From Moniliella sp. 'wahieum' (Eukaryota), in NCBI GenBank assembly GCA_003971905.1, contig RSEE01000074.1, positions 1 through 64,000 of the forward strand: a DNA stretch of 64,000 nucleotides. Direction: 5' to 3'. A program made the translations under genes and the position numbers. The notes beneath the pieces are model-generated. The model saw only the letters and a program-made list of their open reading frames with translations. It did no database searches and was not told where the DNA came from. This document shows, one piece after another, positions 39,869 through 52,501 of this stretch (positions are counted from its first letter, which is position 1; every line of letters starts with the position of its first letter).

Positions 39869-40095
39869 TGTAAGACCGGAGGAACCCAAGGGGTTGGGTG
39901 ATGAACCTCTGGAAATTTAGAAAGCAATACAATCGCGGTGTGGTGGTGGTTAGGTCTAATAAGCCTTATGCCACACCTAGAGGAGACAGAGGTTCAAACA
40001 AAGCCTGAGTATACACGAGGAGACTTCGTAGGTCAAATAAGGGGCAAAGGGTGATAAGGCGCCTTGGCCTCTGTACGGGACCGCGGTTCTCAACA
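39869..40095. mobile_element. Probable solo LTR (227 bp), family B
   Basis: TGTAAGACCG ... CGGTTCTCAACA (imperfect inverted ends, TG..CA); 5-bp TSD GTTCG at 39864-39868 and 40096-40100. Confidence 0.75.
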
Positions 40096-42302
40096 GTTCG
40101 TCTGCTCAGCATTTAGCTCTTCTTGCTCAGACCTCATATTGAACGGAAGCCTGTTGAATCTGGTGCTGTGCTTGCGACCAGAATCTTTGGAACGGGGCCC
40201 CACCGTCGTAAAGCCCAGTTCTTCAAAAGGGGGCGGTTTTTGGAGGATCCGTACGGTGGAAAGCCTGTGAGTGTTGGTATGGGTCGGCAGGGCAAGCCTC
40301 CTCTTCGGGGACACGAACGATTAAACGTATACACTCTCGTCCCACCACTCTTGGCACAGACCGAAAAAACCACCAGGCCTCAAGCAGAGCACTCCCTTAG
40401 TAGTATATACATGCGTTCATGCAATTCATGTGTCATTTGCAGAGCTTTAAAGCTTTTATTAGACAAAAGGTTTGCGCCTAAACGTTTCCCTCATTCACAT
40501 ATACTACAGAACACCTTCTTTCGAAAACGTTGACGGCCGGGCTACCTACTTCTACGGACCACTCATGCCTCAGACTGAAGTCTCTTCCCTCTTTATCTGC
40601 CTCATCAAGTTCTGTTACTGTACTAAGCACTCAACCTCTACACCACACTAATGTCACCGAATGACTAAGCTCGCTCCAATTTCCAATTCTGCATGCTGTG
40701 TCTCCCGCTCTTCCCTTCGCTCTTTTGCTTGTGATATCTGCCCGATGCCTTCTGTTTCCTTCCACGAACAATCAGTTGCCTTTCCCTCCGCCTCTGACAG
40801 GACCTTGTCTCCCTCGTTTAGTCCCGACTGTTACATGGCGCGTTTCATGAAGATAGTGCCGAAGCCAAGACCAACTCCATTTTTGGGAGGTACTATCATA
40901 TCACGAGATGCATGTGTTGGAGATGAGGCGGATGAGGGCTGTTGAGCTGTTGATGGTTAGCAACACTACATAGTCGTGATTTTCATGGATGGAATACTAT
41001 GGAACATCTCTCTCCTCAGATCCGCAGCCCTACCCCCTCTTGCGCCAAGAGTATAGTTGCACCTCACATCGTACCAGCCGCAAAGATATGATATCCTTAT
41101 AACACCGTCCACATAGCTCCCGCAACTAATACTGTTCCGACTATCGTCCCCTCTCGCCCTACTATCTTCTCGGAATGTCTCTTTCCCGCTCAATGAGTTT
41201 TTGTTCCAGGCATCTCTGTGTAGGCGAATATCAATGACGCCCCAAGCCGCTGATGGCCACACAAGAAGCACAATAGGGCACAACTGTGATCAATGTTTAC
41301 CTCTGAGCCTGCTAACCAGACTCCCGTCGTCCGTGGCGATATGTTCGACTAGCCAGGTTCGATACAATCACTTGCTGTGTTCCCCTTGATTTACTATCCT
41401 CTGTTACTCACCCATTATCTTGCATAGTTTTGGCCAGATTGCTATATCTCTCTCCTTAGACACACGGCGTTACACTCAACTGTGACTACTGCTTTTGACC
41501 GTTTTACCCTTACACCAGCTCAACAGAAACAATGATTTCGCCTCGCTTTGCGGGGTATTACCAGGTCTTGCCGCTGCTAACGTTCACCCTCGACAGCTCT
41601 TGTCTTGCGTCGGCCGAGTAGACAAAAATCAATTTCTCCAAGCTCTCTGTTGACATTCGCCTCGCATGTGCCGCCGCGGGCACAAGATGTGGTTTATAAC
41701 GCATGACCACATGTGGGCGAGAATATTAGGTCAACAATGCCTTTCCCCTTCAGATGCTGCTGCTCCAAGGGCTGCAGTCTTCGAAAGATCATTTGATCGC
41801 AGATATCTGAATGGACACCATTCTTCTTCCCCATTAGTAGTACCTACTAAAAGATGCATTTGATGGAGCCGGAAATAATCCCACTTTTCTCACGACGCTT
41901 CTATAATAGCCAGATTAATGCCAACGTCCCGGCCCAGATAGCAGACGAAAAGGTATGCTTGCCTATTAGACGTCTAGCATGGGGCATGTTCCTCCGTGAT
42001 GCGAGAGCTGTTGACGTGAGATTAAAGGGTAAATCGATGTGTTTGGATCTAGACAGTTGCATCAAGCGTTAAAGGCCAATGGTCGAACCCAACTCTGGCT
42101 CTAATCCATCACCTTCTCCTCATCGACCTCATCATTCTGCCCGTCCGGCTCCCTATAGGCCAACATTACCCGTAGGATATTGCTCCGGGACACCGATACT
42201 GCGACGCAATTACATTTTCTTTGGTGAGATTTTGAGCGGAGATAAAGTCGGAATTTGGTTCATTTCCAGACAAACCCAGCAGGAGTGTGAATCCACCGCA
42301 GG

Positions 42303-42445
42303 AAAGGGAGACGAGGGGAAATAAGGCCTAAGGGGAGACAAGGGGAGATAAGGGAGGCAAGGGGAGATGAGGGGAAATAAGGCCTAAGGCCTAAGGGGAG
42401 ATAAGGGGAGATAAGGGGAGGCAAGGGGAGGCAAGAGGAGAAAAG
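42303..42445. repeat. Purine-rich ~10-bp minisatellite (GGGGAGATAA / GGGGAGGCAA) with embedded TAA GGCC units
   Basis: ggggagacaa ggggagataa gggaggcaa ggggagatga ggggaaataa ggcctaa ggcctaa ggggagataa ggggagataa ggggaggcaa. Confidence 0.85.
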
Positions 42446-43327
42446 GTGAGAGGATGGTGGGGTCGGCTGGGGTCGGCTGAGGTCGGCCATCTGCCGTCGC
42501 CCGTAACAGTGGGCTTGCTACATGAGAGAGTGGGTCTTCGCGTCCATTGTACCCTGGCGAGGGTTGCTTCTTCGGTATCAACTCGGCATTGTGGTTTGCG
42601 GCTTCTTCAGGGCTGCGTGCATGAGTTTGAATATGTTGGTACCCACTCAGTAACTCCGCCCCGCCCCATTTAACATGAGCATTTACCCCACACCAAACAC
42701 ACTGGCGCCATGGGCTGGGTCTGCGCGTATATGAGCGCATGGTGCATGATGCATGATGCATGATGGTGCATGACCAGCGTGGGCCTTTTGCTCCCACACT
42801 CCCCACCTTGGCTGCCCCAACAGACACCGGGTGTGGCCGACGCCATTCCATGACGAGGACGGCGGGCAAGGCGAGCAGGCTGCGGTGTGTGCTGGGTGGT
42901 TTGTGGCTAGGATGGCGCATCATCCACCACTGGTCACCGGCACCAGGCGACCATCGGTGGGCGGTGAGCTGCATCAGCCGTATGGGCCCACAAACAGCGC
43001 CTGTGTTGGTCTGTGCACTGCAGCGGGGAGCCAGCGCGCTGGTGAGCCTCCTCAGGCGCTCAGGCCTCACCTCGGCCTCAATGCCCGAGCCCTTATTCGC
43101 GCCGCGTCTTGCTGCCATCCGCCGGCGGGGGGCGCAGTCCCACCAACTCCCCGGCGCCCACCACCTCTCACTGTAGTCAAGTAGCTGTTCAACCCCCACC
43201 GGCCTCCGGCTGCTCCGTCCCGACTCCACTGCGTCGGCCGGGTGAAAGTCGACAAACGCCAAGCTAAAAGACAGAGTGTATACAGCACCACAACGGTTTC
43301 TCTGCCATCAACCCTGCCCCCATCACC

Positions 43328-44454
43328 ATGGCATCTCCTCAACGCATCCGCACTCCCTCACCGACCTGTTCGGCATCAAGCACCCCACCTTCTGGCCGTA
43401 CGTCTCACCTGGTTTGCTGATTCCCCGCGTGCGCGCCACCCGTTAACCTTTCATATGCTCATAGGGCATGAAACGTCGCCTCAGGCCCCGACTTGGCGGC
43501 CGCCGTCACCAATGCCGGGGGACTCGGCGTGATTGGCGGGCTGGGGTACACCCAAGATGCTGCGCGAGCAGATTGGGTACAAGGAAGGTCTGGTGGACAA
43601 GAAAGCGCCGTTTGGAGTGGACCTGCTCCTGCCCCAAGTGGGTGGTGATGCTCGTAAGACCAATTACGACTACACTGATGGCCGCCTCATGGAGTTGGCC
43701 GATGTGATTGTGGAAGAAGGCGCGAAGCTTTTGTGTCGGCAGTCGGGGTGCCTCCACAAGAACTGGTAGAGCGTCTGCACAAGGCCGGCGTCGTGGTGGC
43801 CAATGTGATCGGCCACCCTAAGCATGCCGTCAAGGCTGCCAAGGCTGGCGTGGACATATCATTGTCCAGGGCGGCGAGGGCGGTGGCCACACGGGCGATG
43901 TGCCGTTCAGCGTGCTGGTCCCACGTGTTGTGGACCTGGTTACCCAGAACGGGTGGAAGTCTCCGTTGACGGGTAAGCCGGTGATTGTGGTTGCAGCAGG
44001 GGGGTGTGGAACGGACGGTCGCTTGCCGCCTCGCTGGTGTATGGAGCCGCCGGGGTTTGGGTTGGCACCCGTTTGGTTGCTTCAGAGGAAAGCGGGGCGC
44101 CACGCGGACATAAGCTTGCGGTTCTCTCTGCTACTCATGAAAGCGACGTCCGAACGATTTATTATGACCGGACGTCCGCTCCGCTTTAAAACGGACCAAG
44201 TACATTGATGACTGGGAATCCCGGCCAGAGGAGATCAAGCGGTTGACTAGTCAGGGGATCATTCCTGTTATCGAAGACCTCAAAAACGATCCTGACGGAT
44301 CCAAGGAGAGGCAGTCCGTGAACGTTACTGATGGGCAAAGTGGCAGCCTGCATCGATGACATTTTACCCGCCAAGGTGATTATCGACCAGTTTGTCGAAG
44401 GGGCAGAGTGCGATCCTGGCTAGCAAGGCGGCGCTTGTTTCGTCCAAACTATGA
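43328..44454 (+). CDS. Nitronate monooxygenase / 2-nitropropane dioxygenase family; frameshifted; C-terminal SKL
   Basis: IRTPLTDLFGIKHP.LA|GM (intron 43398-43464); LAAAVTNAGGLGVIGG; PFGVDLLLPQVGGDARKTNYDY; QGGEGGGHTGD; GAAGVWVGTRLVA; TGRPLR; LMGKVAA; ends TCC AAA CTA TGA. Confidence 0.93.
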
Positions 44455-45353
44455 TGGTTTCAAACGCATCCAGTCCACCTTTCTCTTCCCGTTTCTGTGG
44501 TACTTGTAAACCATTGAAGGAATCTGAGCGCTTTGGTTTGGTTCAATGTCGTTTGGGTGCAAGCAACGGCTCTCACTAGCCGAGCGCAAAGGTGGGGGGG
44601 GGGGGGTGATCGATAATGAGTCAGTCGAGTCAGTACAGTCAGTCCAGAGGGTACAATGCAAGACAGGAAACGTGAACAAGCGCGAAATAGCGGACTAGTG
44701 GGGAGAGATGAATAGCAAGATGGGGTGTGCCTCGAAATCTTGTGGTGCGAGGAGTGTGGCAGCCTCTCGGCTATGAGGAGATGCCACCTGCCCCCCCCCC
44801 CCCCACAAGGCAGAATAAGCTAAAGCCCATATCCGGCTCGTGCCCCATCAACATACATATTGCGCGTTGCCGAAGGGAGTTTTACCACAGCCATCCAGGG
44901 CCTTGGTAACGTTTACCTTGCACCCGAGCCGTGACGTGTCCGTCAGACCAAACGCCAAATCCAGCATATCAGCCTTCTCGTCCCCGGTTCTCCAGTTGGT
45001 CAAACACTTCCGGTTCGAGGATCACATGGCACGTACGCTAGCCATGGCCAGCGACTTAGTGGTGCTCATTAATCATTGGCCAAGTGAGGTAGCGATGGAA
45101 CTGTACGGATGGCGGAGAGAGGGCGGGTGGGAATGAGAGCGATGAGATGAGAGAAGGAGAAGAGAGCAGCAAAAGGAAACCTTTTGCAGAGTGAGATCTG
45201 AGACGAAGCAGATGAATGATCGCGGTGACCGATGATCGATGATCATGCACCGACCGATCACCGATCATTGGTCTCCAATACTCATCGATCGTCTTGCCCA
45301 AGGCCCGAGTTCTCCACTTCCACGACCAGCTCCCCCCTCTTCCATCCAGCCCC

Positions 45354-47643
45354 ATGCCTGCCGCCGTGGCGGATGCGGGTGCGACGAGGAGCATTCCACC
45401 CACTCGCTCGCTGTGCTGGACACGGGTGGCGCCAATTTGCGCGTGTGGCTCTTTGACGGCCCGGCCACGCCCGCTGCGCTCAAAGCGGCGGCGAGGCGGG
45501 ACGTTGGACGCGCTCCAAACGAGCGGAGCCAATGTGCTGGTGCTGCCCAATGTGGTTGTGCGCCCCGTGTCGGCGGTGCAGCTGGAGGCGGCACTGCGTC
45601 CGCGTCTTCTTCCCGTACCTACCTCGCTGGCCCTGAGATTGGGGAGCAGGTAGGTGTCTATGCCCGCCTTCAACTCCGTTCGCCCGTCGAGCGTGGCTTT
45701 GTCACCGACTGGGCCGCCCAAACGCTCTCCTGTCCACCTCGCTTCGCCATGCACATGCGCTCCAGCAGCAGCAAGAGCTTCTTTCTGCACCATCGAGCAG
45801 CTGAGCAAGCGGACCCGAAGAACGGGCAATCCAGGCCCGGAACCTGACCCTGTAGCTCGGACGGCAAGTCTGACCTCACCCCTGCTCCCACCCGGCGCAA
45901 ATCGTCGGCGCGCACATCCACTACCCAGGCAGACGTGGGACAGCCATGGTCCGGGCAAGGGCCAGAACCATTGCTGTGGGCCGGACAGTTCTGGTCACGG
46001 AGCCTTACTTCAACATGCCCGAGTTGGCCGCTGCGATGGACACGCTTCTGTTTGAAGAGTCGGCGCCGCGGCCGTCTTGCGTGCTTCTCCTGCCGAGCTG
46101 GCCGCGTGGTGTCTTCGTTCCCTCCTGCCACAGCCATCACGGATGTGGCGGGGAAAAGTCCAGGGTCGACAGCAGCCATACTCTCTCTCTCTCTCCCTCT
46201 CGGCCGAGGACGCACCTCTACCTGCGCCTGGGCCGACGCCGCCCGTACGCGCCGCGCCTGCAAAACGGAAACGTGGGCTGGGAACTGACAAGGCCGCGGG
46301 CGCGATTGCGACGATGCGTGCACTTCCTGAGGCAGCCTTGGTACTTGACTGCGGCCAGCTATTGCCATGCCGTACCGCTAGTCCGGGGACGTGTTTGTCT
46401 GGGGGCGGTCAAACGGTATGTTGGACATTTCGACGTGGCGGTGCTCGTAGCTGACGTGTGTGTTCGTCCAGCCTTGATTTCGGCGGGAAGCATGTAACCA
46501 ATCTGTTGAAAACATCGCTTAGCTTTGGCCAATGGGATCTATCTGAGGATGCATGGTTGGTGGGCAAAATCAAAGAGCGCACTGCCTTTGTTGCTGCCTC
46601 GGCTGGGCCCAGTCAACGCCAAGAAGCGCGGAAAGCCGCCCAGTCCATCTTGAAGCGGGATCCGAGCGAACGCGGATCGTTGCCTGCCTCATCGATGGTC
46701 TTTTGCGACCCTAACCGAACTGTCGAAACTCGCTGCCATCACGCCTTGCGCGGACCCTATCGCGCTTGAGTACTTCCTCCCGGACTACTCGATCCCGTCT
46801 TCTGCTCCTTCCCCTACGACGATCAAGGACGCGACCGTAACTGAACCCCAGCCCGCCTCACCCTTCTTCCATGTGTCCTCCACACTTCCAACGCCTCTTA
46901 CCCTAGAGAAGATCGACCGGGCCACCTTCTGCGACCGGTACGCACGATTGCTCCCTCGGATGCGGCCATGCGGGAATTGCTGCCGTTATCGAGCAAACAA
47001 TGGTCCAGTGAACAAAGGGACCGGTTCCTCTGTCCTCCCCGGCCGTTACCGATTCGCAACAAACGTTCTGCCGTGCCTGGAGCCGAAGCCGAGGAGGAGG
47101 CACAGACCCTTCGCCTCACCACCGATCGCTTTGTCCACACAGAAAACTTTTTCGCCCCGAGTCGGGTACCAGGTCTGGGCCATCCATTTCCTGAGCAACT
47201 GGGCCTAGCGCACCTGACAGTGGCCGCTGCGTCCGAGGCGGAGCAACTGGTTTTGCACCGCGAACTCAAGCAACACAAGCGGGGTCGTGGCGGGCGGGAG
47301 AAAGGGTGGGGGTGGGGCTGTTGTTGGCCAACGTGTTGTTGGTGGGAGGGGCGGCGTGCATTCCTGGTCTAACGGAACGATTGGAGGAGGAACTACGACC
47401 GTTGGCACCCGACGACCCAGTCCGGGTCGTGTTCCCCTCAACCCCATCTCGGCCGCTGCCGAGGGGGGCGCAGCGTTTCTGCTGGCCTCGCTGGCTACTC
47501 TGTATCCGTCGACGGCGGCGGCGTCGCGCCGTGCTTCCGCTTCCCATGCCAAAGACCAAGAGTGGCAGGCCCAAGCGTTGGCGGACCTGCCGGGCCGATT
47601 TACAACCAGGCAAACCTACCTCGATCGGGTGCGCGGGACATGA
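45354..47643 (+). CDS. ARP6: Actin-related protein 6 (SWR1 complex); frameshifted, with large insertions
   Basis: VLDTGG; RSPVERGFVTDWAAQ; VLVTEPYFNMP..LLFEE; LVLDCG..CHAVP; KR|LDFGGKHVTNLLKTSLSFGQWDL (intron 46416-46471); EYFLPDY; NVLLVGG..IPGLTERLEEELRPLAP. Confidence 0.85.
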
Positions 47644-47729
47644 GAAATGCTATGGCGATGGCCACGACCACGGCCACGGCCCAGGCGCAGCACACGACAA
47701 CGGCAGAGCGACATAGACAAGATAAATGC

Positions 47730-48409
47730 TTAAAATAGAGCAGCAAGCGTGTCCGCTTGCTCGGCACAGGACGTGGCCAGATCTTGAACCACGGGGTCCG
47801 AATCGGAGGTGGCAGCAAAGCGGGCGAGCTGCTTGATACGCTGGACCAAGGCCGGGTCCAGCAGTGTGCGTTCCTGGTGGTCTTGCGGGCCGAGATGATG
47901 AGGCAAGAGGAAGGGGACGCCTGCTTGCTGGGCAGACGGAGAGCAGGGAGCCCGGCCTCAGAGAGGCGCAGAGAGGACAGATGCTCGGGTTCCCGACGGG
48001 CCGAGAGCTGGGTTTCGGCGGCAACGAGAAGCAAGCTGAGCAGCAGGTACCCGGCGCGTCGAAGCTGGGGCAAGGAGCGGTCGACACTCAGCGGATCATC
48101 TTCCAAGTCATCTCCTCGTCCGACTCGGCGCCCATCTCGTCCACGTTGGTCCGGCCTGTGACGGGGCTTGGGACGGGCCGGCCGGCGTGACTAAAGGCCT
48201 CCTTCCCCCCTTCGACGGTGAGCAAGTCGATGCCAAGCGGGCCAGCTCGTCACCAGTGCCACTGAGTGCCACAGCCAAGGGCGTCGCTTCGACAAGGGTG
48301 CCGAGGAGTGAGATGGTCGATACTCACAGCGTTGTAGGTACCTGTGTATTCCGCACAAACGCTAGTAATGGGTTGACGACAATCGAAACTAGCGCGAAAC
48401 GAAGTCAGA

Positions 48410-48440
<31 letters not shown>

Positions 48441-51400
48441 TGAGGGAGGTGGAAAGGATAACGTACGTTTTGGGCGTCATTGCCTGCCCCAGACGTTGAA
48501 TCACTGACCAATCGCTTCTCCCACACAGACTACGGTCAACTTGAACAACGGTGGTGGGCACCGTATCCAGCTTTTCGGATGGAAGAGCTGATTCGGGCGT
48601 GGAAGCAGATGCGGGCGTCGGTTGGGCTTACCGTACGGTGCCCATTTTCTGGCGCTAGGGGTTGGTGTGTGGGGGGGAACAGTGCTAGGGGGCGAACCCT
48701 GGACGTACATGCCGACCAGGCGACGGAAGACTTCGCCACCATCGGGGCGAAGAGCCAATTGGGCCAACCCCTTGATGGCGTTCATGTACACATAGCTGTC
48801 TTCCTCATCCAGGGCGACCAAAAAGACATCTAGGACGCGAGCGAGTTGCGCCGCCGACAAACTGGCCTTGGGGGAAGAAACTTCGACAATCAAAGGTCGG
48901 CGTTCTCCCACACCCACCTCATCCAACGCAACCAGTTGGGTGAGCAGGACGAGGCCATGGCCTCGGACCGGAATACTGGCATCCTGCACAAGCGTCATCG
49001 CTTCCTTGTACTGCTGGGCCGTCTGCTGTTCGGGCGTGGGAGTGGTGGTGGTGTCGGTGGGAGGGAGAGGGACGCCGTCGCCTGCGCTACGCGCACGGAG
49101 AATGAGACGCAGCGTAGGTAAGACCCTGCTCAACGGTTCCAACTCCTCGCTGGGGCCGAGCATGGGACGCCTTGGTGAGACGGGCTGTGAGACGTGCCGG
49201 TAACGATCGCCTCCAGCTTGTTCATCACCACTCCAAAAGTGGTGTGTTTTCGAGGGAGAGGGAAGTGTTGTTGTACAACAGTTCGACCAACAGGCTGGCC
49301 GCAGCCGGGCGCATGCCCGTAGCCAAGATGGCCTGGGCTTTGGCCTGAGACTCATCTTTTCGACCGGGCGGAGCGCAGGTTCGGCTGCTTGCTCTGTCTC
49401 GTCCCGCTCTTCGGAACCTTCAAGCGCATAGTCGATAAAAAGCAACACAGGCAGTGCATGCTCCGTGTAGAGCGATGGAGATGCACGAGGAAGTACGGTG
49501 GTAATGCCCTGGAGCAGTACGGCCGAGTGGGCGAGACGTTGACTGGTGTCCGCCAGGCGAGAGCGCTGGACTCGCAACAGTTCCATCAAAAGCAACTTGA
49601 GCAAGTCGTCCAATAACGTGCTCTTGTTCTGGTTTTGCACAGGCGGGTCGGACCGCTCGATCGTTTGAGCGTGGCCCAACAGGTCTACCACCACTTCTAC
49701 CATAGGTAGGAAGGTTTGGATGGGGTCCGAATCGGAAGAGGTCTGGGGACTGGTAACCAGTTTGGTGTCTGTCGAAAGACGCGCCAGCAAGGACGCTAGC
49801 GCCTCCGTTTCGTCCCGCTTTTCATCCAACACGACCCGGCGGACGGTCAAGTGCCCGTGGTCCCAATGCCAAGACCAAACGGCAGTCGAAGGCGTGGGGA
49901 GCTTGACCGAAGCAGGGGAGAGTGCGCCGCCCGGCTGGGGACCGAGTACATTCAAAATTTCCTCGTGGTGATCAACATTTCGCGTACTGCACCATCTTTC
50001 CAGAGCGGCTTGGACCGACTGCATCAGAGCAACGGGGTCGATCGTCAGCGGGTCAGATGAAGTGATCTCCTGCACCTTGGGTCCAGATGAGCCGGACCCC
50101 TTTCTCTGGTGGAGGAAGCCAGCGAGAAGAAGCAAAGGATGAATGTACTGGCCCAGACCCAGCACCGTGTGGAGAAACGTGGGATCGGGTGGGCCAATGC
50201 AAACGAGGGCGAGAAGAGTTTGGAGGGAGAGGACCACAGCCGACGGTGACGCCAGCTCATCCGTGTCCTCGTCCTCTCCTTTGGTGGGGAGGGGAGAAAA
50301 GGGAAACGCAAGCCGATGGGAGAGGAAGGTATACACCTCGGGATGGAGAGAGGCAAGGTGCTGAAGGGCAGTAGCCGCAGTGGAGGCATGGACCTGTTCG
50401 ATGCCCCGCACTGCGCGTGGCATGGCAGTCAACAACAATGGCGCGCCCGCATCCGCAATGACTTCCAACAGTTGAGGTACCACCGCCGCAAGCCATGGAG
50501 GTAGAGGAAAGTGCGGAGGTGGAGTAGCCAGCAAGCTCACCACTCTTTGCACTTTGGCAGGAGCCGGGGGGATCCACCTCGTGCTCCAACACCGAGTCGG
50601 ACACCTCCTCGGCAGGCTGGGAAAGGTGGTGTGGGGGGGGGGGCGGGTTGCCAGCAGCGCGTGCGCCTGCAACGGGGCGGAGAAGCAGGATGTTGAGCAT
50701 GGCCCGCACGCCTCCGGGACGCAAGAGCTGGGCCGATAGGAACCGGCTCGCTTGCGACGAGAGGCCCGGAGGCAGCGGCACGGGCGCAGCCTGGTTGGCG
50801 TCCTCCAGCACACCACTCACGCCCTGGACAGGTTGCCCGCCATGCACCCTCGCCGTCACCCGACAGGGCAGCGTAGCACTGGAGCACGTTCAACCGCCGC
50901 AGTGCCGTCTTGAGCAGCGCATTGGCCACTGCGGAGGCGCCGCGCCCGAAGCGGACAGTTGGTTCCCTCCCACAGCCAGAGAGTCGTAGGCTACCCGGAA
51001 CGCGAGGCGGAAGAGCGGAGCGGCAGACGCACGCAGAACCAAGTTCGCCCGCCTCCTCCTCGTCCGCTCCATCTCGCGGGGCAGCGGCGGGTGGCGGCGG
51101 CTTGCCAGTCTGGGCGGCCTCGATCACGCGCTGCACGTCCACCTCAACCACGTGAGCATAAGAGCGTAGCACCGCACCAGACACGAGACGCACGTCCTGC
51201 AGACGCGCAAACGGGTCGGCAGCACTGCCAATCTCGTACAGCGACGCACGGCCCCCGCGGGCAGCCTGGGAGTGCCCTCGTGCGGCGGCCGAGGCGCGGT
51301 CGTACAGACTGGCCACCAGGTCAAGCGCCCACTGGCTGACGATCAAAACGAGCGTATCGAGCGTCTTGTGGTCGGCAGAGCCCAAGAGCGGGGCATCCGA

Positions 51401-51934
51401 TACCGGCACGTCCTGCTCCTTCCCACCCTTGGGCGAGGCTGGCGCCGCAGCCTGTCGATTCGCAACAGCCGTCTCGAACGACGAGCCAATCCGGCCCAGC
51501 GCATCGAGCGCAGCAAGGCCCGTGCGCACCTGGGTCAGTACGAGGGAGAAGGAAAGCTCGGCCTGGTCGTCGGCTGTCTCCTGTGCCGGCGTCCGGGGGC
51601 CCGCCGCCTGCACGACGGGGACCGGCGGGTGCAAGCGCGCGTCAAACTGCGTTGGATCCGCCGCAACGGCATGTGCATACGCCTCCACCCGCGCCTCCAG
51701 ACGTCTGCGCGCGGCTGGAACAGAAGGGTCAGTCGGGGATGTGGAAGAGAAGCAGGGGGGCGGGATGCGCACTGAGCGTAGCGAGGCGCCAGAGGGGTGC
51801 AGGGGGTCGACGGGGGAGGCGGCTGGGGTGAGCCCAGGCTCAGCGGCGGCGACGGCGGAGGCGATGTGGGGGTCGGCATCGCGTTCTCCCGTCAGGAAAC
51901 GGGCGGCGGCGAGCGCGTCCACCAGCGCAGCCAT
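47730..51934 (-). CDS. RTP1: RTP1/TANGO6 family HEAT-repeat protein (RNA Pol II nuclear import); frameshifted
   Basis: SRFLSAQLLRPGGVRAML; YKEAMTLVQDASIPVRGHGLVLL; VLDVFLVALDEEDSYVYMNAIKGLAQLA; VGEAIGQ; C-terminal DSDPVVQDLA. Confidence 0.85.
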
Positions 51935-52501
51935 GGCGGAGATGGTGGTGGTCGCCACCCCCACACCCACGCCGACGTCCGCCCCGACCTGTGCACCACG
52001 ACGGGCCCCAAATGACGACCCAAGAAGAGCAAAGGGCGTGGGCCGCCACACAGCTAAAACTTTCACCGCCCAAGTCGCGCCCGCCCACATAATTTTTTTG
52101 CGGGAGAAAGTATTCTCTGTGGACGGCGTTCCAGCGGCCGTCCGCGGCAAGGCGACGCAGTGAACGCGCGTTCTCGTTCTGGCGGACACGAGGGAGCACA
52201 TCGCTACCACACACTACAAACCCTCGACGGAGACAGGCCGAGGCCAAGGAGACGCCCTGGTGGCAAGCGTACAAGAACGTATATGATAGTATTAGCGGGG
52301 CAGTGTCGCCTTGGCTGGCCACGAAAAACGGTCCATAAGCGCAAGCGGGGGGAGGGAGGTCTGATGAAAAGGGGGGGAAGTAAACGAAAAAAGGAGAAGA
52401 GATCAGAAACGAGCGAAGCGCCGAAGCACGGCACGAACCGGGCGCGGGAAAGAGCCAGATGGGGGGAAGGGCCAGGTGATGGCCGAAGCTTGCGTCGCGC
52501 G

